Positions 36,419-45,708 of a DNA stretch of 50,204 bases are shown piece after piece (position 1 is the first letter of the stretch; every line of letters begins with the position of its first letter). The notes below the pieces were generated by a model. That model was given only the letters and a program-made list of their open reading frames with translations. It did not search any database and was not told where the DNA came from. The position numbers and the translations under genes are program-made. Source of the stretch: an uncultured Anaerolineales bacterium (GTDB taxonomy: Bacteria > Chloroflexota > Anaerolineae > Anaerolineales > UBA4823); assembly GCA_903872065.1 (NCBI GenBank), contig CAIQJJ010000492.1, positions 1-50,204 on the forward strand, given 5' to 3'.

Positions 36419-38194
36419 TCACGGATTGCCAAAATCTACATCGGCCGGCATCCCCGGTTTGAGCTTGCCGGCGGCATTGTCAATGCTCAACTTGACAGCA
36501 AAGACGGTTGTACGACGGCCGGCAGAGGTTTGGACATTGCGCGGGGTAAATTCGGCCTTGTCGGCGATGTGAATTACGGTAGCAGTAAAGGTCTCACCGG
36601 CATACGAATCAACCGTGACCTGCGCCGGCGCGCCGAGGGCGATCTCGCCATAGCGATCCTCGGGGACATAAACGGTGATGGTCAGGCGCGTTAAGTCAGC
36701 CAGGGTGAACAAAATCGCTCCGGGGTTAGCAACTTCCCCCGGCTCGATGGCGCGGGTGAGGATCGAGCCATCCTGCGGGGCGGAGATGGTCAATTTGGCA
36801 AGCTGCACATCCAGGATCGCCAGGGCAGCCTGGGCGGCGTTCACCTGGGCCTGGGCGGCCTCCACCTGCGCCTGGGCGGCGTCAGTTCTGGCTTTGGCGG
36901 CAGCCAGGTTAGCTTCCGCCGAGACGCGCTGCGCTTCCGCCGCATCCACCTGGGCCTGGGCGGCAGCGATTTGCTCAGGGCGTGCGCCGTTCTGCAAGTT
37001 TTGATAGTTGGCCTGGGCGGCGCTCTGGACGGCCGCAGCGGCGTCCAACTGCTTCAAAATGCTCTCCAGGGGCGTCGCGCCGCCCTTGGCCAGAACGTTC
37101 AAATCGGCCAGGGCTTTTTGCGCCTCATCCCAGGCGATCTTCAAGCGATCGGCCTGATCGCCGGTGGTGAAAGCTTCATAAGCCGCCTGGGCGTCATCGG
37201 CCATTTGCTGCGCGTCATCTGCAGTGGACTGCAGGACATCCTTGGCGCGCTGCGTCATATCATCCACGTTCTGGGCGGCAGACTGGCGCGCTTTGGCCTG
37301 CGATAAGCCCAGCAGGGCCGCTTCTAAGCTTTGGCGCAAGACCTGAATTTGCTGGTAAATGGGCGATTGCTGCGGCAGAACCGTATCGTTGCGAATTTGA
37401 TCGCAGGCCGCTTGAGCGGCGTCCAACACCATCTGCGCGTCGGCAATCGTGTTGGCCATCGCATCCAGGGCCACAGGGGGCGTGCGCGTATCGGAGGTCA
37501 AGTCGGCTTTGCGCGTTTGGGCCTGTTCCAAATTGCTTTGGGCAGTGTCGCAGGCAGTTTGCACCGCCTCAATTTGCTGGCTGCTCAAGACAATCGTCAT
37601 GCTGTAATACTCGCTGCGCGCCCAATCCAGGCGTGAGCGGGCGGCAGTGACATCTTCAGGGCGCGCTCCGGCAGTCAGGGCGGCGTAACTGGCTTGCGCC
37701 GCGGCAAGATTGGCTTGCGCCTGCTCGAACTGCGCCTGAGCGGCGCGCAATTGTTCGGCGGTGGCGCCGGCCTTGAGCAGATCAAGGTTGGACTGGGCGG
37801 CGTCGCGCCCGGCCTGGGCGGCGGCCTGCGCCGCAGCAGCGACATCCACCTGAGCCTGCGCTGCAGCCAGGTTGGCTTGCGCGGCGGCAACGCCGGCCTG
37901 GGCAACCTCTACCGCCGCGGCGGCCTGCTTGCGCTGCGCCTCGAGCAAACTGGCATCGAACTGGACAAGCACATCGCCCGATTTGACCGGGTCGCCCTCG
38001 CCAACCAGAACATCGGTCGTCTTACCCCCCAGTTCAGGGCTAATCTGAACCAGGGTCGCTTCGATAGCGCCGGAAGCAGAAATTTGATCGCTACTGGTCT
38101 CTATGGGTCGGAGTAGAAAGTACCAATAACCGAAAGAGGCAAGGGCGATGATCAAGATCAGAATAGGGATAATCCTGCGAGGATTTGGATGCAT
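36419..38194 (-). CDS. HlyD/YbhG family membrane fusion protein with extended coiled coil
   Basis: N-terminal TM, lipoyl half-motifs, long Ala/Gln heptads, AEFTPRNVQT and LKPGMPAD. Confidence 0.9.
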   Translation of the reverse strand: MHPNPRRIIPILILIIALASFGYWYFLLRPIETSSDQISASGAIEATLVQISPELGGKTTDVLVGEGDPVKSGDVLVQFDASLLEAQRKQAAAAVEVAQAGVAAAQANLAAAQAQVDVAAAAQAAAQAGRDAAQSNLDLLKAGATAEQLRAAQAQFEQAQANLAAAQASYAALTAGARPEDVTAARSRLDWARSEYYSMTIVLSSQQIEAVQTACDTAQSNLEQAQTRKADLTSDTRTPPVALDAMANTIADAQMVLDAAQAACDQIRNDTVLPQQSPIYQQIQVLRQSLEAALLGLSQAKARQSAAQNVDDMTQRAKDVLQSTADDAQQMADDAQAAYEAFTTGDQADRLKIAWDEAQKALADLNVLAKGGATPLESILKQLDAAAAVQSAAQANYQNLQNGARPEQIAAAQAQVDAAEAQRVSAEANLAAAKARTDAAQAQVEAAQAQVNAAQAALAILDVQLAKLTISAPQDGSILTRAIEPGEVANPGAILFTLADLTRLTITVYVPEDRYGEIALGAPAQVTVDSYAGETFTATVIHIADKAEFTPRNVQTSAGRRTTVFAVKLSIDNAAGKLKPGMPADVDFGNP

Positions 38195-38235
38195 GGGAAC
38201 CTCCGTGATGAAAAGTCAGGGATCAGTGCAAAAAT

Positions 38236-39366
38236 CTAGTCGAGGCGCTTGCGGAAACGCAGGGAGGCGATAGCCATGAGGCTAAAGCCAAATAACACCA
38301 GGGCGGCGATATCAGCAGTCAGAGCCTCAGCCCCCACCCCTTTGAGCAAGAGCGACCGGATAATTTTCAAAAAGTAGCGCAGCGGGAACAGATACGCAAT
38401 GACGTTCAATGCCGGCGGCATCGCTTCCAGTGGAAAGAAAAAGCCCGAAAGAAAAATGCCCGGCAGGAGCGTCATCCATACCGTGAGCATGGCTTCTTGC
38501 TGCGTATTGGCAAAAGTGGATGCCAGCAAGCCAATGCCCAGGCTGGTGAGCAAAAACAATGCAGAGAGGCCGGCGATCAAGAACAAATTGCCCCGCACCG
38601 GCACCCCAAACCACCAATGCCCGATCGCCAGGACTTCCAACGCATTCAAGAAACCCAGCACCACATACGGCACCAACTTGCCCACGATCAATTCCCACGA
38701 GCGAATGGGGGTGACAATCAATTGCTCGATGGTGCCGCGCTCGCGCTCACGCACGATGGCGGTCGCAGTCAAGATGGAAGTGAGGGCGTAGAGAATGGTG
38801 CCGATGACGCCTGGGATCATGAAATGGGCGCTGACCATATCCGGGTTGTACCAGACCTGGGTGCGCACTTCAACCGGCGGCGTGAAGACAGCAGCCTGGC
38901 CGCGCCGTTCGAGACGTTGGGTAAGGATGGAGGTGGAGTGCGCCTGGCCAATCAGCAGAGCCGATGACAAGGCGGTGGAGGCGACGGTAGGATCGCTGCC
39001 ATCCAAGACGAAGACCACCGCCGCGGAGCCATTGCTTTTGATTTGATCGGTGTAATCTGGCGGGATGATTAAGCCCACCCGCGCCCGGCTGTTGTCAATC
39101 ACGCTGCGCAATTCAGCTTCGGAATTGACTTCCATCGCAAGGCGAAAATAATCGGCGGCGCGATAGGCGTCCAACAACTGGCGCGCCGCCGGGCCATGAT
39201 CTTGATCAAAAACCGCTAACGGCACATTGCGCACATCGTTGGTCGCGGCATAGCCTAATAAGAAGAGCTGCATGATCGGGATGACCAACACCAAGACCAG
39301 CGTGCGCGGATCGCGGCGGATCTGGATAAATTCTTTGCGAATTAGAGAGAACAGGCGAGAAACCAT
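38236..39366 (-). CDS. ABC-2 type exporter permease (YbhS/R-like)
   Basis: KEFIQIRRDPR, WYNP, RERERGTIEQL, LSGFFFPLEAMP. Confidence 0.92.
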   Translation of the reverse strand: MVSRLFSLIRKEFIQIRRDPRTLVLVLVIPIMQLFLLGYAATNDVRNVPLAVFDQDHGPAARQLLDAYRAADYFRLAMEVNSEAELRSVIDNSRARVGLIIPPDYTDQIKSNGSAAVVFVLDGSDPTVASTALSSALLIGQAHSTSILTQRLERRGQAAVFTPPVEVRTQVWYNPDMVSAHFMIPGVIGTILYALTSILTATAIVRERERGTIEQLIVTPIRSWELIVGKLVPYVVLGFLNALEVLAIGHWWFGVPVRGNLFLIAGLSALFLLTSLGIGLLASTFANTQQEAMLTVWMTLLPGIFLSGFFFPLEAMPPALNVIAYLFPLRYFLKIIRSLLLKGVGAEALTADIAALVLFGFSLMAIASLRFRKRLD

Positions 39367-39398
39367 AATTGATGCTCCGGCAGGCAAACAAGGGGGCT

Positions 39399-40037
39399 TT
39401 ACTGGGCAGGAGGCTGAACGGCGCTGGCTGCGGCAGACTTTTCTTTCAAAATACCGTACAAAAAAACATCCACAAATTGATCGAGGGGCAGCTCTTGAGT
39501 GAGCGCCTCCGGCGAGATATTTAACATCCGACCGGTGACAACATAGGCCAAAAATAAGCCGATAAACGTCCTCACAATCATCTCCAGAGGGATGTCACGC
39601 AATTGATGATTGTGTTCCAACAAGCGCTCGGTGAAGGCCAGCGCTTGTTGGAAATAAGTTTGCGCCAGGCCGGGGAGGTGACAGCCTTTGAACTCAACCA
39701 ATTCAATAAAAACCAGGTTGAGGAAGTCGGGGCGATTCTGAAGGCTGGCGACCGCCCGCCGCGCCGCGTCGCGAATAAAGGCTTCAACATCGTCGCCCTG
39801 CGCGGCACTCAAAGCCGGCAAAATCTCGTGGATGGGGTGGCGCGCCATCAAAACGGCCACAAAAATATCATCCTTGGTGGAGAAATGGTTGTAGAGACTG
39901 CCAACCGCAAGCCCGGCCGCCTGGGCAATCTGCCGCATCGAGGCGCCGTGAAAGCCATTTTGCAGAAACAAGTCATGCGCGGCCAGGATAATCGCCTGGC
40001 GGGTTTGCTCGCCTTTGCTCACAGGGGATGTGGACAT
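39399..40037 (-). CDS. TetR/AcrR family transcriptional regulator
   Basis: GFHGASMRQIAQAAGLAVGSLYNHFSTKD HTH; SD GGAGG. Confidence 0.92.
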   Translation of the reverse strand: MSTSPVSKGEQTRQAIILAAHDLFLQNGFHGASMRQIAQAAGLAVGSLYNHFSTKDDIFVAVLMARHPIHEILPALSAAQGDDVEAFIRDAARRAVASLQNRPDFLNLVFIELVEFKGCHLPGLAQTYFQQALAFTERLLEHNHQLRDIPLEMIVRTFIGLFLAYVVTGRMLNISPEALTQELPLDQFVDVFLYGILKEKSAAASAVQPPAQ

Positions 40038-40046
40038 AAACCTCCG

Positions 40047-40098
40047 AAATATGAACGAACGTTCATTCATATTTTACTCCAAACCTCCTGCTTGTCAA
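40047..40098 (-). promoter_or_regulatory. tetR operon sigma-70 promoter with palindromic operator
   Basis: -35 TTGACA (40098-40093), 16-nt spacer, -10 TAAAAT (40076-40071); palindrome AAATATGAACGAAC/GTTCATTCATATTT at 40047-40074. Confidence 0.75.
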
Positions 40099-40118
40099 TC
40101 CCTTTGCGCGCATAAGTC

Positions 40119-40147
40119 TTGACGTAGATCGATCCCCCCACTACAAT
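40119..40147 (+). promoter_or_regulatory. Sigma-70 promoter of the ygiQ-like gene
   Basis: TTGACG-17 nt-TACAAT. Confidence 0.65.
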
Positions 40148-40179
40148 GACGCCTCAAGCAGGAAGGATGGCTTTTTCTT

Positions 40180-41892
40180 ATGTTTCTCCCTACAACGGCT
40201 GAAGAATTGAAGGCTCTCGGCTGGGCGGCGCTGGATGTGATCATTATTACTGGCGACAGCTATATTGACAGCCCCTATATCGGCGCGGCGGTGATCGGCA
40301 AGACGCTGCACGCCGCCGGCTACCGCGTGGGGATCATCGCCCAGCCGACGAGCGAGGAGATCGCCCGCCTGGGGGAACCGCGCCTGTTTTGGGGCGTCAC
40401 CGGCGGCAGCGTGGACAGCATGGTGGCGAACTATACCGCCGCCAGGAAGAAGCGCAAACAGGATGACTATACGCCGGGCGGAGTTAATGACCGCCGCCCG
40501 GATCGGGCGGTGATCGTCTACGCCAATTGGATCCGCCGCAGCTTCAAAAACACCGTTCCGATTGTGTTGGGAGGGATCGAGGCCAGCCTGCGACGCGTGG
40601 CGCATTACGATTATTGGGATGATAAGCTGCGCGGTTCAGTGCTGTTTGACGCCAAAGCCGACTACCTGGTGTATGGCATGGGCGAGCGCACCGCGCTGGA
40701 ACTGGCCCGCCGGCTGCGCGCCGCGGCCGACTCGCTGGAACAGCCGGTGGAGGCGGCAAATGACCCCCAGCGAACGCCGGGCGTCTGCTTGATCGCCCGC
40801 CAGCCGCCGCCCGATTCCCTTCAACTGCCCTCGCTGGAAGAGGTACGCGCCGACAAGTCAGCTTTTATCCGCATGTTCCACACCTTTTACCAGAACAATG
40901 ACCCACTAACGGCTAAGGGCCTGGCGCAAAAGCATGGCGACCGCTGGCTGGTGCAAAACCCGCCGGCGGCCTATGAGACGCAAGCCGAACTGGACGCGAT
41001 TTATCAACTGGATTTCGAGCGCGCCCAACACCCCTATTACGAAAAGCAGGGCGCGGCGCGCGCCCTGGAGACGATCAAATTCTCCATCTCCACCCATCGC
41101 GGCTGCTATGGCGAGTGCAATTTCTGCGCCATCGCCGTCCACGAGGGGCGCACCATCCGCTGGCGCTCTGAGGCCTCCATCCTGCACGAGGCGGAACAGT
41201 TCACGCACACGCCGGGCTTCAAGGGGATTGTGCAAGATGTGGGTGGGCCGACCGCCAATATGTATGGCTATGAATGCAGCAAAAAGCTGCGCCGCGGCGT
41301 CTGCGAGCATAAACGCTGCACCTACCCCGGCGTCTGTCCGCTGGTCAAGCCTGACCATCAGCCGCAGATCAACCTGCTGCGCAAACTGCGGCGCATCCCT
41401 GGCATCCGCAAGGTCTTCGTCGCCTCCGGCATCCGCTATGACCTGCTGTTGGAGGATAAAGCCGTCGGCGACACTTACCTGCAAGAAGTGGTCAACCATC
41501 ATGTCTCCGGGCAGATGAAGGTCGCCCCGGAACACGTGGACGAGCGCGTCTTGCGCTTGATGGGCAAGCCCGGCGCGGACAGCCTGCTGGCCTTTAAGCA
41601 GCGCTTTGAGCAGTTGACGCGCGCCGCCGGCAAACCGCAGTTTTTGACCTATTATCTGATCGCGGCGCACCCCGGCTGCAGTGAGGCAGATATGGAGAAG
41701 GTCAAACGCTTCGCCGCCCAAAGGCTGCAAATCCAACCTGAGCAGGTGCAGATCTTCACCCCAACCCCCTCAACCTACTCCACATTGATGTACTACACCG
41801 AGCTCGACCCCTTCACGGGCGAGAAGCTGATGGTTGAAAAAGACCTGCGGCGCAAAACACGCCAAAAAGAGATCGTCACCGGCCAATCGTAA
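40180..41892 (+). CDS. ygiQ: YgiQ (UPF0313) family radical SAM protein
   Basis: [52 protein letters not shown]. Confidence 0.92.
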   Translation: MFLPTTAEELKALGWAALDVIIITGDSYIDSPYIGAAVIGKTLHAAGYRVGIIAQPTSEEIARLGEPRLFWGVTGGSVDSMVANYTAARKKRKQDDYTPGGVNDRRPDRAVIVYANWIRRSFKNTVPIVLGGIEASLRRVAHYDYWDDKLRGSVLFDAKADYLVYGMGERTALELARRLRAAADSLEQPVEAANDPQRTPGVCLIARQPPPDSLQLPSLEEVRADKSAFIRMFHTFYQNNDPLTAKGLAQKHGDRWLVQNPPAAYETQAELDAIYQLDFERAQHPYYEKQGAARALETIKFSISTHRGCYGECNFCAIAVHEGRTIRWRSEASILHEAEQFTHTPGFKGIVQDVGGPTANMYGYECSKKLRRGVCEHKRCTYPGVCPLVKPDHQPQINLLRKLRRIPGIRKVFVASGIRYDLLLEDKAVGDTYLQEVVNHHVSGQMKVAPEHVDERVLRLMGKPGADSLLAFKQRFEQLTRAAGKPQFLTYYLIAAHPGCSEADMEKVKRFAAQRLQIQPEQVQIFTPTPSTYSTLMYYTELDPFTGEKLMVEKDLRRKTRQKEIVTGQS

Positions 41893-41985
41893 CGCATGAT
41901 CGGGCGGGGGACAAGAACATTTACACAAAAGTTAAAGGGGATATAAATATTTTTAAAGTCATAATTGATTTTATTGATAAATTGC

Positions 41986-42036
41986 TTGACTTAATTTAAT
42001 TATCTGCTATAATGATTATGAAACAACAAGCAGATA
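41986..42036 (+). promoter_or_regulatory. Promoter of the DUF2089 operon with flanking inverted repeat
   Basis: TTGACT (41986), 16-nt spacer with extended TG, TATAAT (42008), in an AT-rich tract; TATCTGCT (42001) and AGCAGATA (42029) are inverted repeats. Confidence 0.65.
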
Positions 42037-42067
42037 CTCAGTCTTACCAGTCGTAAGCCTTAACCCT

Positions 42068-42457
42068 ATGAACATTATCCCTAACAAATGTCCAATCTGC
42101 GGCGGCGAAGTGACCGTCACTCGCATCTACTGCCGTGAATGTGATACCACCATCGAAGGCCATTTCGCCGGCCACCCTTTTACGCACCTTAAACCCGAGC
42201 AGCTCGCTTTTGTGGAAACGTTTATCCGCTGCGAGGGCCGCATCAAAAGGATGGAAGAGGAACTCAATCTCTCCTATCCCACCATCCGCAAACAGCTTCA
42301 GGATGTCATCCGCGCCCTGGGATACGAACCGCCCAGCGAAGAGGCTGAGGCAGGCGCCATCACCGAAGAGCGCCGCAAGCGCATCCTGGAAGACCTTGAA
42401 AAAGGTCGCATTGACTACCAGCAGGCCATGCGCTTGCTGCAAGAAAGCGAGGCATAA
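42068..42457 (+). CDS. DUF2089 family protein (Zn-ribbon, HTH, SHOCT-like C-terminus); putative regulator
   Basis: CPICGG..CRECDTTIEG, EELNLSYPTIR, RILEDLEKGRIDYQQAMRLL. Confidence 0.88.
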   Translation: MNIIPNKCPICGGEVTVTRIYCRECDTTIEGHFAGHPFTHLKPEQLAFVETFIRCEGRIKRMEEELNLSYPTIRKQLQDVIRALGYEPPSEEAEAGAITEERRKRILEDLEKGRIDYQQAMRLLQESEA

Positions 42458-42459
42458 TC

Positions 42460-43836
42460 ATGGAAAAGCAATTTCTAACGACCGGGAACACGCCCACGAT
42501 CCGCGTCGAGGTTCTCGGCAATCTCAAGTTGAAAGGCTGGGACGAAGACCAGGTCGTGATCAAAAATTCCCAGGCCGAACACATCACCCTCGAACAGCGC
42601 GGCGAAGAAATCTTTGCCCGCTGCGAATCGGACTGCACTTTGCGCGTGCCACGCGGGGCCAATATTATCGCCCAGGCGCTCCATGGCAATGCAGTCATCA
42701 AAGGACTGGACGGCAAACTCGTCATCGAACGGGCGCACGGCGGGCTGCAACTGAAGGCTACCGGCCCGCTCCAAATCGGGATGGCGCAAGGCGATGTGAT
42801 GGCGAAAAACATTGCGGGCGATTTCGTTGCGCAGCAAATCCTCGGCAACCTGATGCTCAAAAACGTACAAGGCAGCGTCGCCATCCAAAACTCGGTGGAC
42901 GGCAACCTACAGCTTGATAACGTAGATGGCTCTGCTTCGGCCACTGTGCGCGGCAACGCCACCCTGCGCTTCGACCCGACGCCAGGCGCGAAATACAATA
43001 TCTCGGCAGATGGCAACCTTTTCCTGCGCATGCCAGCGGATGCCAGCGCCACCCTCCAGGTCAAAGCTGATGGGCAGTTGATGATTAACCTGGGCGATCT
43101 GCAAGTCAACCAGCACAGCCGCAGCCCTTACCAGGCCACCTTAGGCGATGGCGATGCGGAAGTTGTCCTTTCTGCTCGCGGGAATGCCGTGGTTTCGGGC
43201 CAGGCGCCGGATTGGGAAATGGGCGATTTCGGCGCCGAGGTCGGCAGTGAGTTTGGCGATGAAGTGGGCAACGCAGTGAGCGAGACGGCGGAAAGGATCG
43301 CCACCGAAGTCAGCAGCCAGATCGAAGCCCAAATGGCGACCATCGAAGCGCAAATTGAGGCCCAGATGCAGCAGTTGACGGTTGGGTTGAGCTCGATTGG
43401 CCTGCCTGAAGAAGAGCGCCGGCGGGTGGAAGAGCGCGCCCGCGCCGCCAGTGAACGCGCTGCGGCCCGCGCCCAGGAAAAAGTGCGCCTGGCGCAGGAG
43501 AAACTGGAACGAAAAATGGCCGCCGCCCAGCGCCGCGCCGAAGAGCGCCAGCGCGAGGCCGACCGCCAGGGTCGCCGCGGGTGGAATTTTACCTGGTCAA
43601 CGCCCCCCACCCCTCCTGTTCCGCCCATTCCACCGATTCCGCCTGTCCCCCCCGTTCCCCCGGCGCACGCCATGCCGCCACGCCCGCCAGCGCCGCCATT
43701 CCACGCCCCCGAAGCTCAGGCCAGCAGCGCGCCGGTCAGCGATGAAGAACGCCTGACCATCCTGCGCATGTTGGAGCAGAAGAAGATCACCCTGGATGAG
43801 GCTGAACAACTGTTGAACGCCCTCGAAGGGAAGTAA
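42460..43836 (+). CDS. DUF4097-like beta-solenoid protein with coiled coil and C-terminal SHOCT-like domain (YvlB/LiaX-like)
   Basis: Repeated GNL/GD beta strands, E/R/A coiled coil, Pro-rich linker, EERLTILRMLEQKKITLDEAEQLL. Confidence 0.78.
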   Translation: MEKQFLTTGNTPTIRVEVLGNLKLKGWDEDQVVIKNSQAEHITLEQRGEEIFARCESDCTLRVPRGANIIAQALHGNAVIKGLDGKLVIERAHGGLQLKATGPLQIGMAQGDVMAKNIAGDFVAQQILGNLMLKNVQGSVAIQNSVDGNLQLDNVDGSASATVRGNATLRFDPTPGAKYNISADGNLFLRMPADASATLQVKADGQLMINLGDLQVNQHSRSPYQATLGDGDAEVVLSARGNAVVSGQAPDWEMGDFGAEVGSEFGDEVGNAVSETAERIATEVSSQIEAQMATIEAQIEAQMQQLTVGLSSIGLPEEERRRVEERARAASERAAARAQEKVRLAQEKLERKMAAAQRRAEERQREADRQGRRGWNFTWSTPPTPPVPPIPPIPPVPPVPPAHAMPPRPPAPPFHAPEAQASSAPVSDEERLTILRMLEQKKITLDEAEQLLNALEGK

Positions 43837-43874
43837 AAAGCTGATTTTCTGTGAGCAGAAGAAAGCTCTCTCTT

Positions 43875-44633
43875 ATGTCTGACGAACGAGTACGCATCCT
43901 TGAAATGATCAACAGCGGTGTGATTACCGCCGAACAAGGCCTGGCGCTGATCAAGGCGATGGAAGAGGACGACTCTTCCCCGGCTGAGACAGTTGAAGCA
44001 GCGCAGCCGGCCAGCCCGATCTTGCCGGAGACGGTTGAACCCCCGGCGGCTGAACCAGCCAAAGCGCCAGAGGCGGGCGAGGCGCAGCCAGAAAGCCCCT
44101 CGCAGCCCGCCGCCGCGCCGGAGGAGGAAGTCTTTGCCCCTGAACCGGAAGACCCTCCCCAAGAAGCCGCTCCGCTGCCGACACACAGTGAGCCGCCAAG
44201 CCTGGCGCACTACCGCAGCTTTTGGCGCATCCCCGTGACCATTGGCCTCGTCATAACCATCCTGGCGGCCATCTTGATGTTCCTGGCCTACCAGGACAGT
44301 GAGATTGGCTTTTGGTTCGCTTGCACGTGGTTTCCCTTCCTACTCGGCGTCCTCATCCTGAGCTTAGGCTGGGCCAGTCATTACAACCCCTGGCTGCACC
44401 TGCGCATCCGGCAGAAGCCGGGGTCGCGCCCCGAGAAAATCTCGATCAGCTTCCCCCTGCCGGTTGGACTGGTTCATTGGGTCATGCCATTCTTCCGGGA
44501 CAAAATTCCCGCCAGAAACGGAGTTGACCCCGTCGAGATGATCGGCTTGCTCAAAAACGTTTCGCCAGACAAACCGCTGTATATTGAGGTTGATGAACCC
44601 GGCGGTGAACATGTGGAAATTTATATCGGATAG
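43875..44633 (+). CDS. SHOCT-like domain membrane protein (2 TM)
   Basis: DERVRILEMINSGVITAEQGLAL, P/E linker, two TMs, C-terminal GEHVEIYIG domain. Confidence 0.75.
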   Translation: MSDERVRILEMINSGVITAEQGLALIKAMEEDDSSPAETVEAAQPASPILPETVEPPAAEPAKAPEAGEAQPESPSQPAAAPEEEVFAPEPEDPPQEAAPLPTHSEPPSLAHYRSFWRIPVTIGLVITILAAILMFLAYQDSEIGFWFACTWFPFLLGVLILSLGWASHYNPWLHLRIRQKPGSRPEKISISFPLPVGLVHWVMPFFRDKIPARNGVDPVEMIGLLKNVSPDKPLYIEVDEPGGEHVEIYIG

Positions 44634-44651
44634 AAGGATACGGAGGTAACT

Positions 44652-45032
44652 ATGGTGACATCTGAAGAACGAATGCGAATCCTGCGCATGATCCAGGAAG
44701 GCAAAATCACCGCCGATGAAGGCGCCAAACTGTTAGCGGCGCTGCGCGAAAGCCGGAAAGAGGCGCGCGAAGTGGCCTCGATGAGCCGCGCCAACAAGAG
44801 CTGGCTGCGCGTGCGGGTGACAGATATGAAGAGCGGCCGGACGAAGGTCAGCGTGAACCTGCCGATGGGCCTGGTGGATGCTGGCATGCGCATTGGGGCG
44901 CAATATGCCCCGCAGCTGGGCGGGATTGATATCTCGCAGTTTATGGATGAGATCAAATCCGGCGCCCAGGGAAAAATCATTGATGTAATTGATGAAGAAG
45001 ACGGCGAACACGTAGAAATTTTTGTCGAGTAA
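44652..45032 (+). CDS. SHOCT-like domain protein
   Basis: EERMRILRMIQEGKITADEGAKLL, WLRVRVTD..VNLP, DEEDGEHVEIFVE; SD GGAGG. Confidence 0.8.
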   Translation: MVTSEERMRILRMIQEGKITADEGAKLLAALRESRKEAREVASMSRANKSWLRVRVTDMKSGRTKVSVNLPMGLVDAGMRIGAQYAPQLGGIDISQFMDEIKSGAQGKIIDVIDEEDGEHVEIFVE

Positions 45033-45060
45033 GGCTGGGATTTTAGCAATCCCGGTTTTT
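45033..45060 (+). terminator. Putative terminator or attenuator before the last SHOCT-like gene
   Basis: GGCTGGGATT-TTAGC-AATCCCGGTT-TTT. Confidence 0.5.
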
Positions 45061-45075
45061 AAGGAGTAAAAAGTC

Positions 45076-45564
45076 ATGATGCCCTCAGCAGAATCCCTCA
45101 AAATTTTGCAAATGATTGAGCAAGGTCAGATCACCGCCGAAGAAGGTGTGCGCCTGCTAACCGCCGCGCAAGCGGCCTCACCCAACAAGACCGTTGTCGC
45201 CGAAGCGCCGGCCCACGCGGAAACACCGGAGCAAACTCCGACGACGGAAGCGCCCCCGGCAGCGGAACAGGCGCCGGCCCCCGAGCATGCTTCGCCCTCC
45301 GCGCCCGTTCCGGCGCGTTCTTCAGGCGGAGGTTGGTTTCGCATTCGCGTCACCGACATGAAAACCAACCGCAGCAAAGTGACGGTCAACCTGCCGCTCA
45401 GCCTGATGGCGGCCGGCCTGAAGATCGGCGCCCACTACGCCCCCGAACTGAAGGACATGAACCTGGCGGAAGTTTTCAAAGAACTACGCGATACGCAGCC
45501 GGGCAAGATTGTGGATGTAATGGATGATGAAGACGGCGAGCATGTGGAGATTTTCGTCGAATAA
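45076..45564 (+). CDS. SHOCT-like domain protein, paralog of 44652..45032
   Basis: ESLKILQMIEQGQITAEEGVRLL, WFRIRVTDMK..VNLP, DDEDGEHVEIFVE; SD AAGGAG. Confidence 0.8.
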   Translation: MMPSAESLKILQMIEQGQITAEEGVRLLTAAQAASPNKTVVAEAPAHAETPEQTPTTEAPPAAEQAPAPEHASPSAPVPARSSGGGWFRIRVTDMKTNRSKVTVNLPLSLMAAGLKIGAHYAPELKDMNLAEVFKELRDTQPGKIVDVMDDEDGEHVEIFVE

Positions 45565-45658
45565 GCGCCAATCACTTTAGTGGTCAGTTTAGCAACCAGT
45601 TCATTGAACCAATTTGACCTGTCCTGAGTAATATTGTTGTATATTCTCCTTCATTGTG

Positions 45659-45692
45659 AAAGCAGTCTCAGGCCCGCGCCTGAGACTGCTTT
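45659..45692 (+). terminator. Rho-independent terminator
   Basis: AAAGCAGTCTCAGGC-CCGC-GCCTGAGACTGCTTT, 15-bp arms. Confidence 0.75.
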
Positions 45693-45708
45693 GCGTTATA
45701 CTTAAGCC

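Noticed and set aside
42018-42056. 12-aa leader peptide MKQQADTQSYQS before DUF2089
   Set aside because: The ATG is 4 nt after the -10 with no SD, so it is probably not within the transcript.
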